In this document: positions 1 to 12,950 of the stretch, in pieces
Position numbering within the stretch: position 1 is the stretch's first letter
Layout of the letters: every line of letters starts with the position of its first letter
DNA from: Blastocatellia bacterium
Lineage (GTDB): Bacteria > Acidobacteriota > Blastocatellia > UBA7656
Direction of reading: 5' to 3'
NCBI GenBank assembly: GCA_963765495.1
Contig: CAVXWP010000008.1
Coordinates: 544,001-608,000, forward strand
Length of the DNA stretch: 64,000 nt
Translations under genes and position numbers: made by a program
Notes under the pieces: model-generated
What the model was told of the DNA's origin: nothing
What the model saw: only the letters and a program-made list of their open reading frames with translations
Databases searched by the model: none

Positions 1-19
1 TTTCGATTGGGATAAAACT

Positions 20-994
20 ATGACGGAAGAATATTCTATAACCAGCGAGGAACGCGGCGGCACCGAGATTTACACCCTGCGGAACGGCGAGGTAGCTCAC
101 GCAATGATCGCCCCGGCATGGGGGAATAATTGCTTTGAATTCATGGCGGGGGAATCGGTCCTTGAGCCGGTCCCCTTCGATGAATTCAGCAGAAAGCCCG
201 GCAGTTATGGCGTCCCGATATTATTCCCTTTCCCAAACAGGGTCAGAGACGGTGCGTTCGAGTTCCGAGGCGAGACATACACAGCAGACCCGCCACGACA
301 TGGATTTGTGCGCGACAAAGCGTGGAATATCGTTGACTCCGGTGCTGCCTTAGAAGATGGCGCGTGGATCAGGTGCGGTCTTGATGCGAATGATTACCTG
401 GAAGAGATTCTGCAACGATTTCCCTTCCCGTTTTACATAGAGGTCACATACAGATTGAAGGGCACGACCCTGAGCATGGAAACCGTCATAGAAAACATTG
501 GTGAAACCGATCTGCCTTTCGGGTTTGGCATTCATCCGTATTTTCGACGTCCCGAGCGCGCGTCCCTCCAGGTTCCTGCTAAAAAGATTTGGGAGTTAAA
601 AGATTTTTTACCGACCGGAAACATCATCGAAGCCAAAGGCCGTTTGGACCTCAGGCAACCTTCGGATCTGGAAGGGCTGGAACTGGATGACATCTACACC
701 GATCTCATTTCGGAGGAAGATGGTCAGGTCGAGTGCAAATTGAGCGATATTGATTCCGGCAAGAGTACGATTGTTTCCTTTGATGGAAAGGGATTCCCTC
801 ACGTAGTCGCATACACGGCTCCGCCTCCAAGACATGCAGTTGCAATCGAGCCTTACACATGTCCTACGGACGCTTTCAATCTTTCCGCCCGAGGCGTCGA
901 GAGCGATCTGATAATTCTCTCACCCGGCGGGAAGCGAAATTTTCTGATTCGGATTTCGTCCTCAGAAACCTCGCCCCGGAAAGAGGCAGGTTAA
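20..994 (+). CDS. Aldose 1-epimerase family protein
   Basis: GVPILFPFPNRV, HGF, FGFGIHPYF and AVAIEPYT motifs typical of the aldose epimerase/galactose mutarotase-like family. Confidence 0.85.
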   Translation: MTEEYSITSEERGGTEIYTLRNGEVAHAMIAPAWGNNCFEFMAGESVLEPVPFDEFSRKPGSYGVPILFPFPNRVRDGAFEFRGETYTADPPRHGFVRDKAWNIVDSGAALEDGAWIRCGLDANDYLEEILQRFPFPFYIEVTYRLKGTTLSMETVIENIGETDLPFGFGIHPYFRRPERASLQVPAKKIWELKDFLPTGNIIEAKGRLDLRQPSDLEGLELDDIYTDLISEEDGQVECKLSDIDSGKSTIVSFDGKGFPHVVAYTAPPPRHAVAIEPYTCPTDAFNLSARGVESDLIILSPGGKRNFLIRISSSETSPRKEAG

Positions 995-996
995 GC

Positions 997-1566
997 ATGC
1001 CTTTTCTGAAACCGGATTTTTTCGCGCAGGATACACTGATTGTTGCTCGCGGGTTGATCGGGGCGACGCTCGTCTTTGGAAAGTGCGAAGGCAGGATTGT
1101 CGAGACCGAGGCATATACAACCGACGCCGCCTCGCACGCGCTGATGCGCAGGAACACGGGGGCGCTGATGAGAGAGACATTCGGGTATGTCTATATTCAT
1201 ATCAATTATGGCGTTCATTACTGCCTCAACCTCACAACGGATAGGACCGGCCCCGGAGCCGTCCTGATTCGCGCGGTCGAACCGCTTGCGGGTATCGAAA
1301 TTATGTCAGAAAGAAGAGGGACTTCGGACCCGAAAAAACTTGCGAGCGGGCCGGGTCGTCTGGGACAGGCTTTCGGAATTGATATGCGGCTGAACGGCTC
1401 AATGATAAACAGGGAGATCAGGATTAGGGCTCGCGTGAGCGAGTCGGAAATTTCCAAAAGCCCGAGGGTAGGTATTAGGCGGGCTACCGATCTTGAGTGG
1501 CGTTTTTTTGAACGTGACAATCCATTTGTGAGCGCCGCAAGATTTGCCGCGCAGAACGCGGGTTGA
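997..1566 (+). CDS. mpg: DNA-3-methyladenine glycosylase (AAG/Mpg type)
   Basis: GRIVETEAY, YGVHYCLN, AVLIRAVEP, GPGRL and PRVGI motifs; ATG at 997 just after the upstream stop. Confidence 0.9.
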   Translation: MPFLKPDFFAQDTLIVARGLIGATLVFGKCEGRIVETEAYTTDAASHALMRRNTGALMRETFGYVYIHINYGVHYCLNLTTDRTGPGAVLIRAVEPLAGIEIMSERRGTSDPKKLASGPGRLGQAFGIDMRLNGSMINREIRIRARVSESEISKSPRVGIRRATDLEWRFFERDNPFVSAARFAAQNAG

Positions 1567-1618
1567 GGCTCGATGAGGCGGTTGATACAATCAGCCCGGT
1601 TTTTTAGATGCGGGTACA

Positions 1619-2665
1619 ATGACCGAGAACATGCTTATGAAAAATGATCTGATATTGCGCGCGGCCAGAGGCGAGCCGGTCGAGAGGACACCCGTCTGGA
1701 TGATGCGCCAGGCAGGCAGGTATCTGCCCGAATACCGCGCCGTGCGGGCCGAAACCGATTTTTTGACTCTGTGTAAGACGCCTGAACTGGCCGTAGAGGT
1801 ATCGCTTCAGCCGCTGGATATTCTCGGCGTGGATGCCGTGATAATGTTCAGCGATATTTTGATTCCAGCCGAAGCCATGGGGCAGGAAGTCAGATTGACG
1901 GAGAAGAAAGGCCCGGAATTACCCGATCCCGTTCGAACTCAAAGACAGGTTGATGCTTTAGGGATCCCGGACCCGATTGAGAGGACCGGGTTTGTGATGG
2001 AGATAATCAAAACACTTCGAAAGGAACTCGATGGCCGCGTCCCCTTGATAGGTTTTGCCGGAGCGCCCTGGACGCTGGCGGCCTACATGGTTGAAGGCGG
2101 CGGATCGAAGAACTACTCGACCGTCAAACGCATGATGTATCAGGAACCGGCGCTGTTGCATTCGCTTCTAGCGAAGATCGCCGACACGACGATTCTTTAT
2201 CTAAACGCGCAGATCGAAGCAGGCGCGCAAATCATTCAGCTTTTCGACTCGTGGGCCGGAGAGCTTTCGCCTGATGACTACGAGCGATTTGCTTTGCCTT
2301 ACGAGACAAAGATTTTCGAATCGCTGAATCGAAAGGCGGCCCCCGCGATTCTATATATAAATGGATGCGGGACGCTGTTGGAATTGATGGCGCGATGTGG
2401 GGCCGATGTGTTGAGTATCGACTGGCGCGTCGGATTGAAAGAGGCGAGAGCGCGTACCGGCAACAAGGTGACATTGCAGGGCAATCTGGACCCGTGCGTT
2501 CTGCTTTCGAATCCTGAAACAGTAAGGGCTGGAGCGCAAAAGTTAATCGCGGAGGGCGGAGGTCACAGGCATATTTTGAATCTGGGTCATGGGATTCTGC
2601 CCATGACTCCCGTAGAAAACGCCCGCGCATTTATCGAAGCGGCCAAATCACCGACTACAAATTGA
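1619..2665 (+). CDS. hemE: Uroporphyrinogen decarboxylase
   Basis: PVWMMRQAGRYLPEY, FSDIL, IGFAGAPWT and NLGHG motifs. Confidence 0.97.
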   Translation: MTENMLMKNDLILRAARGEPVERTPVWMMRQAGRYLPEYRAVRAETDFLTLCKTPELAVEVSLQPLDILGVDAVIMFSDILIPAEAMGQEVRLTEKKGPELPDPVRTQRQVDALGIPDPIERTGFVMEIIKTLRKELDGRVPLIGFAGAPWTLAAYMVEGGGSKNYSTVKRMMYQEPALLHSLLAKIADTTILYLNAQIEAGAQIIQLFDSWAGELSPDDYERFALPYETKIFESLNRKAAPAILYINGCGTLLELMARCGADVLSIDWRVGLKEARARTGNKVTLQGNLDPCVLLSNPETVRAGAQKLIAEGGGHRHILNLGHGILPMTPVENARAFIEAAKSPTTN

Positions 2666-2672
2666 TTCAGGC

Positions 2673-3677
2673 ATGGACGATTCAGAAATCGAAAAAGATC
2701 GTATTGGGATATTGCTTTTCAACCTCGGCGGGCCTGAAAAGCTCGACGATGTGCGGCCTTTCTTGTACAACCTCTTCTCTGATCCCGACATTATAAGGCT
2801 GCCGGTAAAGGCTATGCAGAAGCCGCTCGCTTGGCTCATCTCGACTCAACGGTTCAAAAAATCAAGCGGTTATTACAGGCAGATTGGCGGCGGCTCGCCC
2901 CTTCGGAGGATAACCGACGAACAGGCCCGGGCGCTTGAGGCTGAGCTTGCCAGCCGTGGGATCGAAGCCCGCGCCTATGTCGGTATGCGGTACTGGAACC
3001 CTTTTACTGAAGAAGCAATCGAACAGATACGGCGAGACCGTGTTAACCGGCTGATCGTTCTGCCACTTTATCCGCAGTTTTCGCTTTCAACGACGGGATC
3101 GAGTCTCAATAGAATGAAGTCTATCCTCGAAGAGACAGAGCACGACATCCCAAGAATTTCCATCATAAGAAACTGGCACGAAAACCCGGAATATTTAGAG
3201 GCGCTCGCATTGACGGTCCGTGAGGAACTGGCCAATTTCCCTGATGACCGAGAGGCTGCCGTAAACATCGTTTTTAGCGCGCACAGCGTCCCGGTCAGCT
3301 ACATCAAAGAGGGCGACCCTTATCTGGATCAGACCAGAGAGACGGTCGAGCTTGTGATGGATCGGATAGGCAGAGAGCATCCCTACACGCTCTCTTTTCA
3401 AAGCAAGGTCGGACCCGTCAAATGGCTTGAGCCTTCGACCGATCAGACGCTGAGGAGGCTCGCCAGTGAGGGCGTATCGCGTGTATTGCTGGTCCCTGTG
3501 AGTTTTGTGTCCGAGCACATAGAGACTCTTTACGAACTGGACATACTTTACCGGGGCGTAGCCGAAGAGGTCGGGCTGACACATTACAGGCGCGCTCCCG
3601 CCTTGAATTGCCGCCCGGACTTTATCAGTGCTCTTGCCGATCTGGTGGAGGGCGAGATGGGGGTGCGCGATTCGTGA
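2673..3677 (+). CDS. hemH: Ferrochelatase
   Basis: NLGGP, GGGSPL, LPLYPQFS, FSAHSVP, FQSKVGP and SFVSEHIETLYELD motifs. Confidence 0.96.
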   Translation: MDDSEIEKDRIGILLFNLGGPEKLDDVRPFLYNLFSDPDIIRLPVKAMQKPLAWLISTQRFKKSSGYYRQIGGGSPLRRITDEQARALEAELASRGIEARAYVGMRYWNPFTEEAIEQIRRDRVNRLIVLPLYPQFSLSTTGSSLNRMKSILEETEHDIPRISIIRNWHENPEYLEALALTVREELANFPDDREAAVNIVFSAHSVPVSYIKEGDPYLDQTRETVELVMDRIGREHPYTLSFQSKVGPVKWLEPSTDQTLRRLASEGVSRVLLVPVSFVSEHIETLYELDILYRGVAEEVGLTHYRRAPALNCRPDFISALADLVEGEMGVRDS

Positions 3678-3691
3678 TTCGTGATTCGTGA
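3669..3691 (+). repeat. Heptamer tandem repeat (GATTCGT)x3
   Basis: gattcgt gattcgt gattcgt ga, overlapping the hemH stop codon. Confidence 0.7.
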
Positions 3692-3779
3692 AAAGAGGTA
3701 GAACAGGGTTTACAGAAAGATTGAGAATGAAATCCCTTCTAGGCTGTTAATAGCATTCAGGCACTCAACTCAAAAGTGT

Positions 3780-5204
3780 ATGACTGAAAATAATAGAGAC
3801 ATCATTGTTATTGGGGCGGGCATTTCGGGGCTTGCCTGCGCTTTCCGGCTGAAGAGTCTCGGAGTCGATGTCCTGTTATTGGAAATATCCGAGAAGGTCG
3901 GCGGGGTGATTCAAAGTGAGAGGATTGGCGATTTTTTGATCGAGCGTGGTCCCAACAGTTCTCAGGGGGCCGAAGAATTACTCTCGCTTGTTGAGGAGTT
4001 GGGAATCAATGATGAGATGGTCGAAGGTGATCCGAAAGCTCCTGCATACGTCTATTTCAGAAGGCGATTGCACCCGGTTCCTTCAAGCCCGGCGGCTTTT
4101 TTAGGGAGCCGGTTGTTAAGTCTGAGAGGGAAGCTGCGAATTTTGCTCGAACCATTTATCCCGGTGCGACGGTCGGAGACCGAAGAGAGTGTGTTTGCTT
4201 TTGCTCGCAGGCGAATCGGGCGGGAGGCGGCCGAACGGATGGTCGCGCCCTTTGTTTCGGGCATATATGCCGGGGATGCAGATCAGTTGAGCGTGAAGGC
4301 CGCATTCCCAAAACTATCAAACCTTGAAGCCGAGTACGGTGGCCTGATCCGTGGCACGATTGCCAAAGCACGCGAGGCGCGCAGCAAGAAGAAGTCCGTA
4401 AACGCGGTGCTTGATAAAGCCGCTCCTGCCAGGCGGAGGCTTATCTCGTTCAAGAATGGAATGCTTACTCTTCCACAAACGCTGGCATCACGGCTGGGTG
4501 AAGATTTGATCACGGGATGCACCCGGATATCGCTCTCAGCGATCAGCAGTCAGACGGCGAAGGGGATTAACTTTTCAGTCGCATTTGAACGCGGCGGTGT
4601 CTTTGAGAAGCTATCATGCAAGGAGGTAGTGATAGCTACGCCCTCGGGCGCGGCGGCAACCCTGATTCATCCGATATCGGAAGAGTTGTCCGAATTGCTA
4701 AAGGAGATAAAATACCCTCCCCTCTCGATTCTTTCCATCGCCTATGACTCTTCAAAGATAAAGACTCCGCTTAATGGGTTTGGATTTCTTGTTGCGCCCT
4801 CCGAAGGTTTGAATATATTGGGTTGCGTCTGGAACTCAAGCCTTTTTCCGGGGCGGGCTCCGAGCGGAAAGACGCTTTTGACGGTCTTTATAGGAGGGGC
4901 GCGTAATCCCGAATCTGCCCGTCGCGGTGATGATGAGCTTCTTTCAATGGCTCACAAAGAGTTACGGGATGTTCTTGGAATTTCCGGCGAGCCACAACTC
5001 GTTGCCGTTACGCGGTGGGAAAGGGCGATCCCACAGTACGGGCTGGGGCATCACTCACGCGTTCAACGTATTGAAGAGATTTTAAAAGATCTGAAAGGCT
5101 TACACCTCGCAGGGAACTATCTGCACGGAGTTTCAACGGGGGATTGTGTCAAAGAAGCTCTTGAGACCGCAGAAAAGCTGGCCAAATCCGTCAAATCAAA
5201 TTGA
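3780..5204 (+). CDS. hemY: Protoporphyrinogen/coproporphyrinogen oxidase (HemY type)
   Basis: IGAGISGL FAD motif, ERGPNS, SGIYAGD, AIPQY, GNYLHGVS; downstream of hemE-hemH. Confidence 0.93.
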   Translation: MTENNRDIIVIGAGISGLACAFRLKSLGVDVLLLEISEKVGGVIQSERIGDFLIERGPNSSQGAEELLSLVEELGINDEMVEGDPKAPAYVYFRRRLHPVPSSPAAFLGSRLLSLRGKLRILLEPFIPVRRSETEESVFAFARRRIGREAAERMVAPFVSGIYAGDADQLSVKAAFPKLSNLEAEYGGLIRGTIAKAREARSKKKSVNAVLDKAAPARRRLISFKNGMLTLPQTLASRLGEDLITGCTRISLSAISSQTAKGINFSVAFERGGVFEKLSCKEVVIATPSGAAATLIHPISEELSELLKEIKYPPLSILSIAYDSSKIKTPLNGFGFLVAPSEGLNILGCVWNSSLFPGRAPSGKTLLTVFIGGARNPESARRGDDELLSMAHKELRDVLGISGEPQLVAVTRWERAIPQYGLGHHSRVQRIEEILKDLKGLHLAGNYLHGVSTGDCVKEALETAEKLAKSVKSN

Positions 5205-5231
5205 TAAAACAGGACTTTTTCCTTCCTGGGA

Positions 5232-5460
5232 CCCAGAGCCATTGGGTTTTCCAAAATGTAGGATTGGAAAATAGAATAGGCCACGGATTATACGGATCAG
5301 ACGGATCAACACGGACTAGCTCAATAGGGTCTGATCCGCGCAAATCCGCCGCATCCGCGTCCGTCCCGGCCTATTTCAAGTATTCTAACCAGCATGTTGA
5401 AAATCATTATGAATATACGAATTCGAGTGTCAAACCTCATCATCTGAAGAGATTTGGTAT
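5232..5460. repeat. Palindromic MITE/REP-like element, family P, copy 1
   Basis: Core AATAGGCC..GGATC..GATCC..GGCCTATTTC; 5333-5460 matches 48107-48235 in inverted orientation; left flank resembles 23531-23580. Confidence 0.8.
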
Positions 5461-5511
5461 AATACAATTGTCGCCTGATGCCCGTAGAATAAAAGCCAAA
5501 TGGCTCTCTAA

Positions 5512-5628
5512 TTCGGGCCGCTCTTACAGGTCATGCCCTGGCCTGAAACCGCTAAATATACAGATGACGATCTGCGAAACATCTATGAATACCTGAGCGC
5601 GATTCCCCACGCCGAACCGGCTCAGTAG
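5512..5628 (+). pseudogene. C-terminal remnant of a cytochrome c-type protein
   Basis: Reads FGPLLQVMPWPETAKYTDDDLRNIYEYLSAIPHAEPAQ*; the MPWP..(T)DDDL.AIY.YL motif is typical of cytochrome c C-termini; no start, in-frame stop just upstream. Confidence 0.6.
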
Positions 5629-5774
5629 ACAAAAGGTATACCTGCTGAGATTTCAAACCTAAAATCCCAAATCTCAGATTGAGAAGCACCGATGGGGGCA
5701 AAGGAAAAATCAACGTGTATGGGAATCCGTCAGCCTTGCTCTCATCGGTGTAATTTTTCCGGTGAGTCCGAACC

Positions 5775-7070
5775 TCAGAAATCTGCCGCAGGTGTGTTTG
5801 CGTTATAGACTTCCACCCCGCCGACAAAAGTAGCGACGACTGCTCCCTGAAGGCTACGCCCGCCGAAGGGCGTGTTTCGGCTCCTGGATTTAAAGGTGGA
5901 TGGGTCTACCATATATTCACGAGTCGGGTCAAAGATGACAATATCAGCCTGTGATCCTCTGGCCAGTGAGCCGCATTGCAGGCCAAAGGCTCTCGCAGGA
6001 CCGCTTGTCAGCGTCTCTATTATCCGGGCCACGCCGATACCGCCATCCCGATGCAGGACCGTTAACGCTACGCCAAGGGCCGTTTCGAGTCCTATCACGC
6101 CAAACGGGGCGTGATCATATTCGAGCATCTTTTCATCCTGGTGATGCGGGGCATGATCGGTAGCGATTGCATCTATCGTTTTGTCGCGTATGCCTTCAAT
6201 GAGCGCCTGTCTATCCCGCTCTGATCGAAGCGGCGGGTTCATCTTCGTATTCGTGTCAAAGCCGGTGACCTCTTCATCGGTCAGCGCAAGATGATGGGGG
6301 GTGACCTCACAGGTAATGTGAACACCCCGCCTTTTGGCCTGCCGGACGATTTCGACCCCGCCTTCCGTAGAGATATGTGCGATATGAATGCGTGCTCCAG
6401 TCAACTCCGCAAGCAAAATATCACGAGCGACATGGCTCTCTTCGGCAGCGGCGGCCATCCCTTTGAGCCCAAGAATAGTTGAATACAGCCCCTCATTCAT
6501 TACGCCCCCGGCCGAGAGGGCAAGGTCCTGGCAATGATCTACGATCACAAGATCGTGATCTCGCGCGTATTCCATTGCGTGGCGCATCACCTGAGAATTC
6601 ATGACCGGGCGTCCATCATCAGAGACGGCTACGGCACCCGCCTCTTTCATCTCAGCCATTTCGGCCAGCTCTTCCCCCTTTGAACCGCGTGTAATTGCAC
6701 CAATCGGATAAACGCGGGCAAGACCGACTTCTCGCGCCTTATCAATAATGTAGCGGGTGATTGAGGAGTTATCGTTTACGGGGAGTGTATTCGGCATCGC
6801 GCAGATCGATGTGAATCCCCCGGCAACTGCGGCGGCGGCCCCGGTTGCGATTGTCTCTTTGTATTCCTGACCCGGCTCTCTCAAATGCACGTGAAGGTCA
6901 ATAAAGCCGGGCGAAACAATGAGGCCCGTCGCGTCAAAGACCTGTGCGTCTTTATATGAGAGGCTGGTTCCCAGTGAAGAGATGCGACCATTTTCAATCA
7001 GGAGGTCAGCCTGTTCATCCATTTCCTGAGAAGGGTCGATGACCCTCCCGCCCTTGATTAAAAGCATCAC
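5775..7070 (-). CDS. pyrC: Dihydroorotase
   Basis: [25 protein letters not shown] and KSRNTPF-like motifs. Confidence 0.96.
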   Translation of the reverse strand: MMLLIKGGRVIDPSQEMDEQADLLIENGRISSLGTSLSYKDAQVFDATGLIVSPGFIDLHVHLREPGQEYKETIATGAAAAVAGGFTSICAMPNTLPVNDNSSITRYIIDKAREVGLARVYPIGAITRGSKGEELAEMAEMKEAGAVAVSDDGRPVMNSQVMRHAMEYARDHDLVIVDHCQDLALSAGGVMNEGLYSTILGLKGMAAAAEESHVARDILLAELTGARIHIAHISTEGGVEIVRQAKRRGVHITCEVTPHHLALTDEEVTGFDTNTKMNPPLRSERDRQALIEGIRDKTIDAIATDHAPHHQDEKMLEYDHAPFGVIGLETALGVALTVLHRDGGIGVARIIETLTSGPARAFGLQCGSLARGSQADIVIFDPTREYMVDPSTFKSRSRNTPFGGRSLQGAVVATFVGGVEVYNANTPAADF

Positions 7071-8065
7071 TGCGACTCCCTGCCAATTAGGAGAAATAGT
7101 ATGGCCATTCGCACGGCCACCCCATTCGTTACCTGATCGAGAATGAGCGAATTAGCGCCGTCAACTACTTCAGAGCTTATCTCCACGCCGCGATTGACCG
7201 GGCCCGGATGCATCACAATGCAATCGGCGGCAGCCAGCCGCAGCCGGTTCATCGTCAAACCATAATGGATCGAATATTCCTTTAGCGACGGGAAGTATGC
7301 GTCAGACATGCGTTCGCGCTGGATTCTGAGCATCATAACGACATCCGCGCCTTCGATGGCCTCTTCGACCCTGTCACATACAATAAGCGAGCCCTCTCGA
7401 TTCTCTACGATCTTCTCGAATTGAACCGGCAGCATAGTGCGGGGACCGGCTACGCGGAGGTGCGCCCCAAGAGTAGTCAGAAGATGGACGTTTGATCGTG
7501 CGACCCGGCTGTGCATTATATCGCCTACGATGGCGACTTGAAGACCGGCGATCTTTCCTTTTCGCTCACGTATTGTCGAAGCATCGAGCAGCGCCTGCGT
7601 AGGGTGCTCGTGCGCGCCATCACCCGCGTTGATAATTGAGGCCGTCACCATCCGGGCCAGTTGATGAGGGACTCCGGGCGATGAATGGCGGATCACAATC
7701 ACATCGGGGGCCATCGCTTGCAGATTACAAGCCGTGTCTTTTAGCGTTTCTCCCTTTGATAATGAAGAGCCCGACGCGGAGATATTTATCGCATCGGCGG
7801 ACAGCCGTTTCGCGGCTATCTCGAAGGATGTGCGTGTGCGCGTAGAGGACTCAAAGAAAAAATTGATAACGGTTTTGCCGCGCAGGGTTGGGACCTTTTT
7901 GATCGAACGCGTGGAGACTTCTTTGAAAGTCTCGGCTGCATCGAGGATGGTATTTATCTCCTCGACGTTCAACCCCCTGATGCCTAACAGGTCTTTCCTA
8001 TTGAATGCCAACTTTGTCCGTTGTCTGATGTCCGTCGGGGGCGGTTGGCCGCGCGCAATAGACAA
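7067..8065 (-). CDS. pyrB: Aspartate carbamoyltransferase catalytic subunit
   Basis: [30 protein letters not shown]; exact start uncertain. Confidence 0.96.
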   Translation of the reverse strand: MSIARGQPPPTDIRQRTKLAFNRKDLLGIRGLNVEEINTILDAAETFKEVSTRSIKKVPTLRGKTVINFFFESSTRTRTSFEIAAKRLSADAINISASGSSLSKGETLKDTACNLQAMAPDVIVIRHSSPGVPHQLARMVTASIINAGDGAHEHPTQALLDASTIRERKGKIAGLQVAIVGDIMHSRVARSNVHLLTTLGAHLRVAGPRTMLPVQFEKIVENREGSLIVCDRVEEAIEGADVVMMLRIQRERMSDAYFPSLKEYSIHYGLTMNRLRLAAADCIVMHPGPVNRGVEISSEVVDGANSLILDQVTNGVAVRMAILFLLIGRESQ

Positions 8066-8096
8066 GAGGCGGCTCCTACCGGCTGACGGAGCAATT

Positions 8097-8642
8097 CTAT
8101 TCTGGTTCGACGACGATTACCTGTTCCGTTTCGTCATACTCTTCGAGCATGACTTTTACGATTTCCCGGTCAGTCGTTTGCAAAATCTTTCCAACGTAAT
8201 CGGCCTGGATTGGCAGTTCCCTGTGGCCGCGATCAATAAGGACGGCGAGTTCGACCCTGCGGGGCCGCCCGAAATCTATCAATTCATCCAGGGCCGCCCG
8301 TATCGTGCGACCGGTGTAGAGCACATCGTCAACCAGCACGATGGTGCAATCGCTTACATCCACGGGGATTTCGGTCCGGTTCACAACCGGGTTTGGGCCT
8401 ACGGTTGACAGGTCGTCACGATAGAGAGTGATATCGAGTTGCCCGGTCGGGGGGCGCTGCCCCTCAAGTTGTTCGATGCGGTCAGCAATTCTCTCGGCCA
8501 GAGGCACGCCCCGCCTTCGAATTCCAAGCAAGAGCAAATCTGCTGTTCCTACGTTTCGTTCTACGATTTGAGACGCCAGCCGCGAAAGTGCGCGCTTTAT
8601 CCCTACGGCATCCATGATCTGCTCTTTTAGCTTGAATTCCAT
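8097..8642 (-). CDS. pyrR: Bifunctional pyr operon regulator/uracil phosphoribosyltransferase
   Basis: [33 protein letters not shown]. Confidence 0.96.
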   Translation of the reverse strand: MEFKLKEQIMDAVGIKRALSRLASQIVERNVGTADLLLLGIRRRGVPLAERIADRIEQLEGQRPPTGQLDITLYRDDLSTVGPNPVVNRTEIPVDVSDCTIVLVDDVLYTGRTIRAALDELIDFGRPRRVELAVLIDRGHRELPIQADYVGKILQTTDREIVKVMLEEYDETEQVIVVEPE

Positions 8643-8774
8643 CCTTGAAGGCTCCTCTACCGACTTCAGGTCGCGCTGAATATAGCATGGCGTGGGGGCA
8701 CACTCAAGCCGGGGCTTTGCCGAATCGGGGTTAAATTGTAGGTTGCTGGCTGATGTCTTTCTCTAGCCTCGAAA

Positions 8775-10793
8775 TCATTTATTCTGTTTGATGTGAAACA
8801 CCTTATCGCCGATAGTGATGTCAGCCACACGGGCTGAGTCAAGGTTGTTTTTGCTTACGGTGAAGGAGACGGTCCCGTTGCCGATGCCGCAGCAGGCCGA
8901 GGTTAAAGTGATCCAGTCGGCCTTGAAACTGGTCTTCCATGCGCACTGCGCCCCGGTCGTAATCGTAATCGTCCCCGTTCCGCCAAGCGACGAGAAAGTC
9001 GCGCCGGTTGGAGAGATTGTATAAGCGCAGCTTGCGGGAGCCCGCCCTTCCTGCGTCACGGTAAATGTTCGGCTTGCGACCGTAATTGTCCCCTGTCGGG
9101 GGCTGGATGAAGTGTTGTCTCGGACAACATAATCGACCTTGCCGTTTCCGGTACCACCTCCCGAAATCAGGTTTATCCAGGGAGAATTGCTTACTGCCGT
9201 CCAGGTGAACCCGCTCGGGGCCGTAACATCTATCCTGCCCTGCCCGCCACGTGACGAAAATCCTTGCCCCGCAGGCGAGACCGTAGTCAGGACCGATTGG
9301 ACCGCAGCCAGGATGTTTATCCGACCATATCCGAAAACATTGTTTGGAAATCCGCTGCTGCTGCACGATGTAGAGTTGAGGTGAACGGCTGCGTTATTAA
9401 GAACCATCTCGATGGCATCTACATTGCCGCGCAGTGAAGGTTGAGCCGAAAGCAGGAGAGCCACAGCCCCGGCAACGTGCGGAGTAGCCATAGAAGTGCC
9501 GCTCAAAGAGACATAACCCGCTATGTTACTGCCGGAGCAAGACCTTGTGCTGGTCCCGGGCGCAGAGATGTCGGGTTTGGTTCGATTGCTGCCGTCGGCA
9601 AGCACAGGCCCGCGACTGCTGAAAGAAGCAATATTATCGGTCCCGGTGTTGAGCGCGCCGACCGAGTAAGAGGCGTCATAAATTGCGGGCGGGTCACTTA
9701 TGGTTGAGCACGACGGCCCCGAATTGGTCGCCGCCACGACCGTCATTATTCCTGCCGCCCGCTGAGCTTCGATGGCGGCCTGGATTGAATTTGCAGAACA
9801 ACCCTCGGAAGGCGGGCAGGACCACGAATTAGTAGTAACATCCGGGGCTTTTGTGGGATCGCCCTGCGCGGGTGTTCCCCCAACAGGATACGGCGCAAGG
9901 AAGAACTCGAAACATTCGATATATCTGGCCGGGGTGCCATCCCCCTGATCCATATTTCGGCAGCCGATCCATTTGGCTCCGGGAGCCATGCCTATTTGAT
10001 TTGTTCCGCCGTCGTCACCCGTGGCCGTTCCCATCGTGTGGGTCCCGTGTCCGCTGTCATCACACGGCTGTGTAGAGTTTGCCCCGCACGCCCCCCCTCC
10101 CGTATGAATGCTGTCGTGCCAGTTATAATTATGATCCGCCGTAGACCCGTTCCAGCCGCGATACTTGTTCTTTACCGCATTGTGAGTCCACAAATACCCC
10201 GTGTCAGCCCCGCCTATCACAATCCCCTGCCCCGTATAACCCAGAGCCCAGACCGAAGGCGCATTTGTGTAGCTGATACCCGGCTCAATCGACTCGGGAG
10301 CATTTCCATTCTCCGGCAACTGAATGGGGTCAGGTTGTTCCAGATTATTATGTATTGTAGGGTTGCCTTCGATGGCGACGACATCGGGCCGCGATGCCAG
10401 TTCTATTGCAACGTCCAGGGTTGCCTTAACCCAGATAAGATTGACGATATAGTAGGAGCGATGTTCGATGTTCCGCTTCGTGAGCCATTCAATGATAGGA
10501 CCCTGTGTGGCTTGCGCCATATTCCATAAGGAATCACGTACGAATCTCGCCTTCTCTGCCTTTGTAGACAGGTCCTCGGCTCGGCTCAAGTTAGCCTGTT
10601 CGGTGAGAACAACAAGAAATTCAATCTCTTTGCCGGATGCCCCTGAATCTCTTACCCATTGAGCTACTTTGCTCATCGTGGCCGCGTCTCGCTGAGGCAC
10701 CCAGTACCCTTCGGTCTTCATCGACGCAAACATCGAAAATACAAAGAGCAAGGCCGCAAAATACTGTATTCTGAAAATGGACCTTATACGCAT
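8775..10793 (-). CDS. Secreted S8 subtilisin-like protease with two C-terminal BACON domains
   Basis: Catalytic motifs DTG, HGTHTMG and SGTSMATPH; C-terminal WTAVSNSPWI..R.GTITV repeats; signal-peptide-like N-terminus. Confidence 0.9.
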   Translation of the reverse strand: MRIRSIFRIQYFAALLFVFSMFASMKTEGYWVPQRDAATMSKVAQWVRDSGASGKEIEFLVVLTEQANLSRAEDLSTKAEKARFVRDSLWNMAQATQGPIIEWLTKRNIEHRSYYIVNLIWVKATLDVAIELASRPDVVAIEGNPTIHNNLEQPDPIQLPENGNAPESIEPGISYTNAPSVWALGYTGQGIVIGGADTGYLWTHNAVKNKYRGWNGSTADHNYNWHDSIHTGGGACGANSTQPCDDSGHGTHTMGTATGDDGGTNQIGMAPGAKWIGCRNMDQGDGTPARYIECFEFFLAPYPVGGTPAQGDPTKAPDVTTNSWSCPPSEGCSANSIQAAIEAQRAAGIMTVVAATNSGPSCSTISDPPAIYDASYSVGALNTGTDNIASFSSRGPVLADGSNRTKPDISAPGTSTRSCSGSNIAGYVSLSGTSMATPHVAGAVALLLSAQPSLRGNVDAIEMVLNNAAVHLNSTSCSSSGFPNNVFGYGRINILAAVQSVLTTVSPAGQGFSSRGGQGRIDVTAPSGFTWTAVSNSPWINLISGGGTGNGKVDYVVRDNTSSSPRQGTITVASRTFTVTQEGRAPASCAYTISPTGATFSSLGGTGTITITTGAQCAWKTSFKADWITLTSACCGIGNGTVSFTVSKNNLDSARVADITIGDKVFHIKQNK

Positions 10794-10931
10794 GAATTCT
10801 CCTAATAATGAGTCGTTAGTAAGCATCCAGATATCGGCTCACCTGCACGAAGTAAATAACATAGGCAATCTCAGAGAGTCAATCAAATCGAACGTTCTGG
10901 AACCGTCATCACTCAACTCAGCACGGCCATT

Positions 10932-10971
10932 CAATCCTCAGATTGCTGAGGTCTCGGCAATCTGAGGATTG
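10932..10971. terminator. Strong hairpin downstream of ubiD
   Basis: caatcctcagattgctgag-gt-ctcggcaatctgaggattg, 19-bp arms with one mismatch. Confidence 0.6.
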
Positions 10972-11083
10972 CTCTATTAGAGGCTTTGCGGATTTTCCCA
11001 GTTTCGAGCATATATTTCTCGCCCCTACAATTGTCAGGCTATGTACGCAAAGAGTCCCAAAAGAATATGACCGCCCTGCAACA

Positions 11084-12532
<1,449 letters not shown>

Positions 12533-12950
12533 TTTTCCAACCCCTTTTTTATTAAGAATTCAGAGCGTAACACGTGGGTCATTGTAAGACAAATATTTGC
12601 TCTTGCACCCAAAGAGACAGGCGGACGTTGACTGAGAGGCGTTACATCCTGCTGGTTTCAAATGCTTTGATTGACGGGCGCATGGGGTTCCCTTCGGGGC
12701 AAATGTATTCAGAGGTGAGTTCTCTTTACGGATAAAATACCTGGGAGTTTAGGAAGTGTAACTATACTAGAAATTATATATTTAGATCTTGGAATATTTA
12801 TACTAAAGATTAAAGAAACAAGATATTTTAGGGTTTGGAAACAGAATGAAGAATCCTATTATGAAGCTTATAAGCATAAACTAATCATGGAGAATTAGTG
12901 GATCAGTTGACATGAACGTTGCCATCTCATCATGTTACACAAGTTACCAG

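Noticed and set aside
5201-5596. 131-aa ORF after hemY
   Set aside because: Runs through the palindromic repeat element and is probably spurious.
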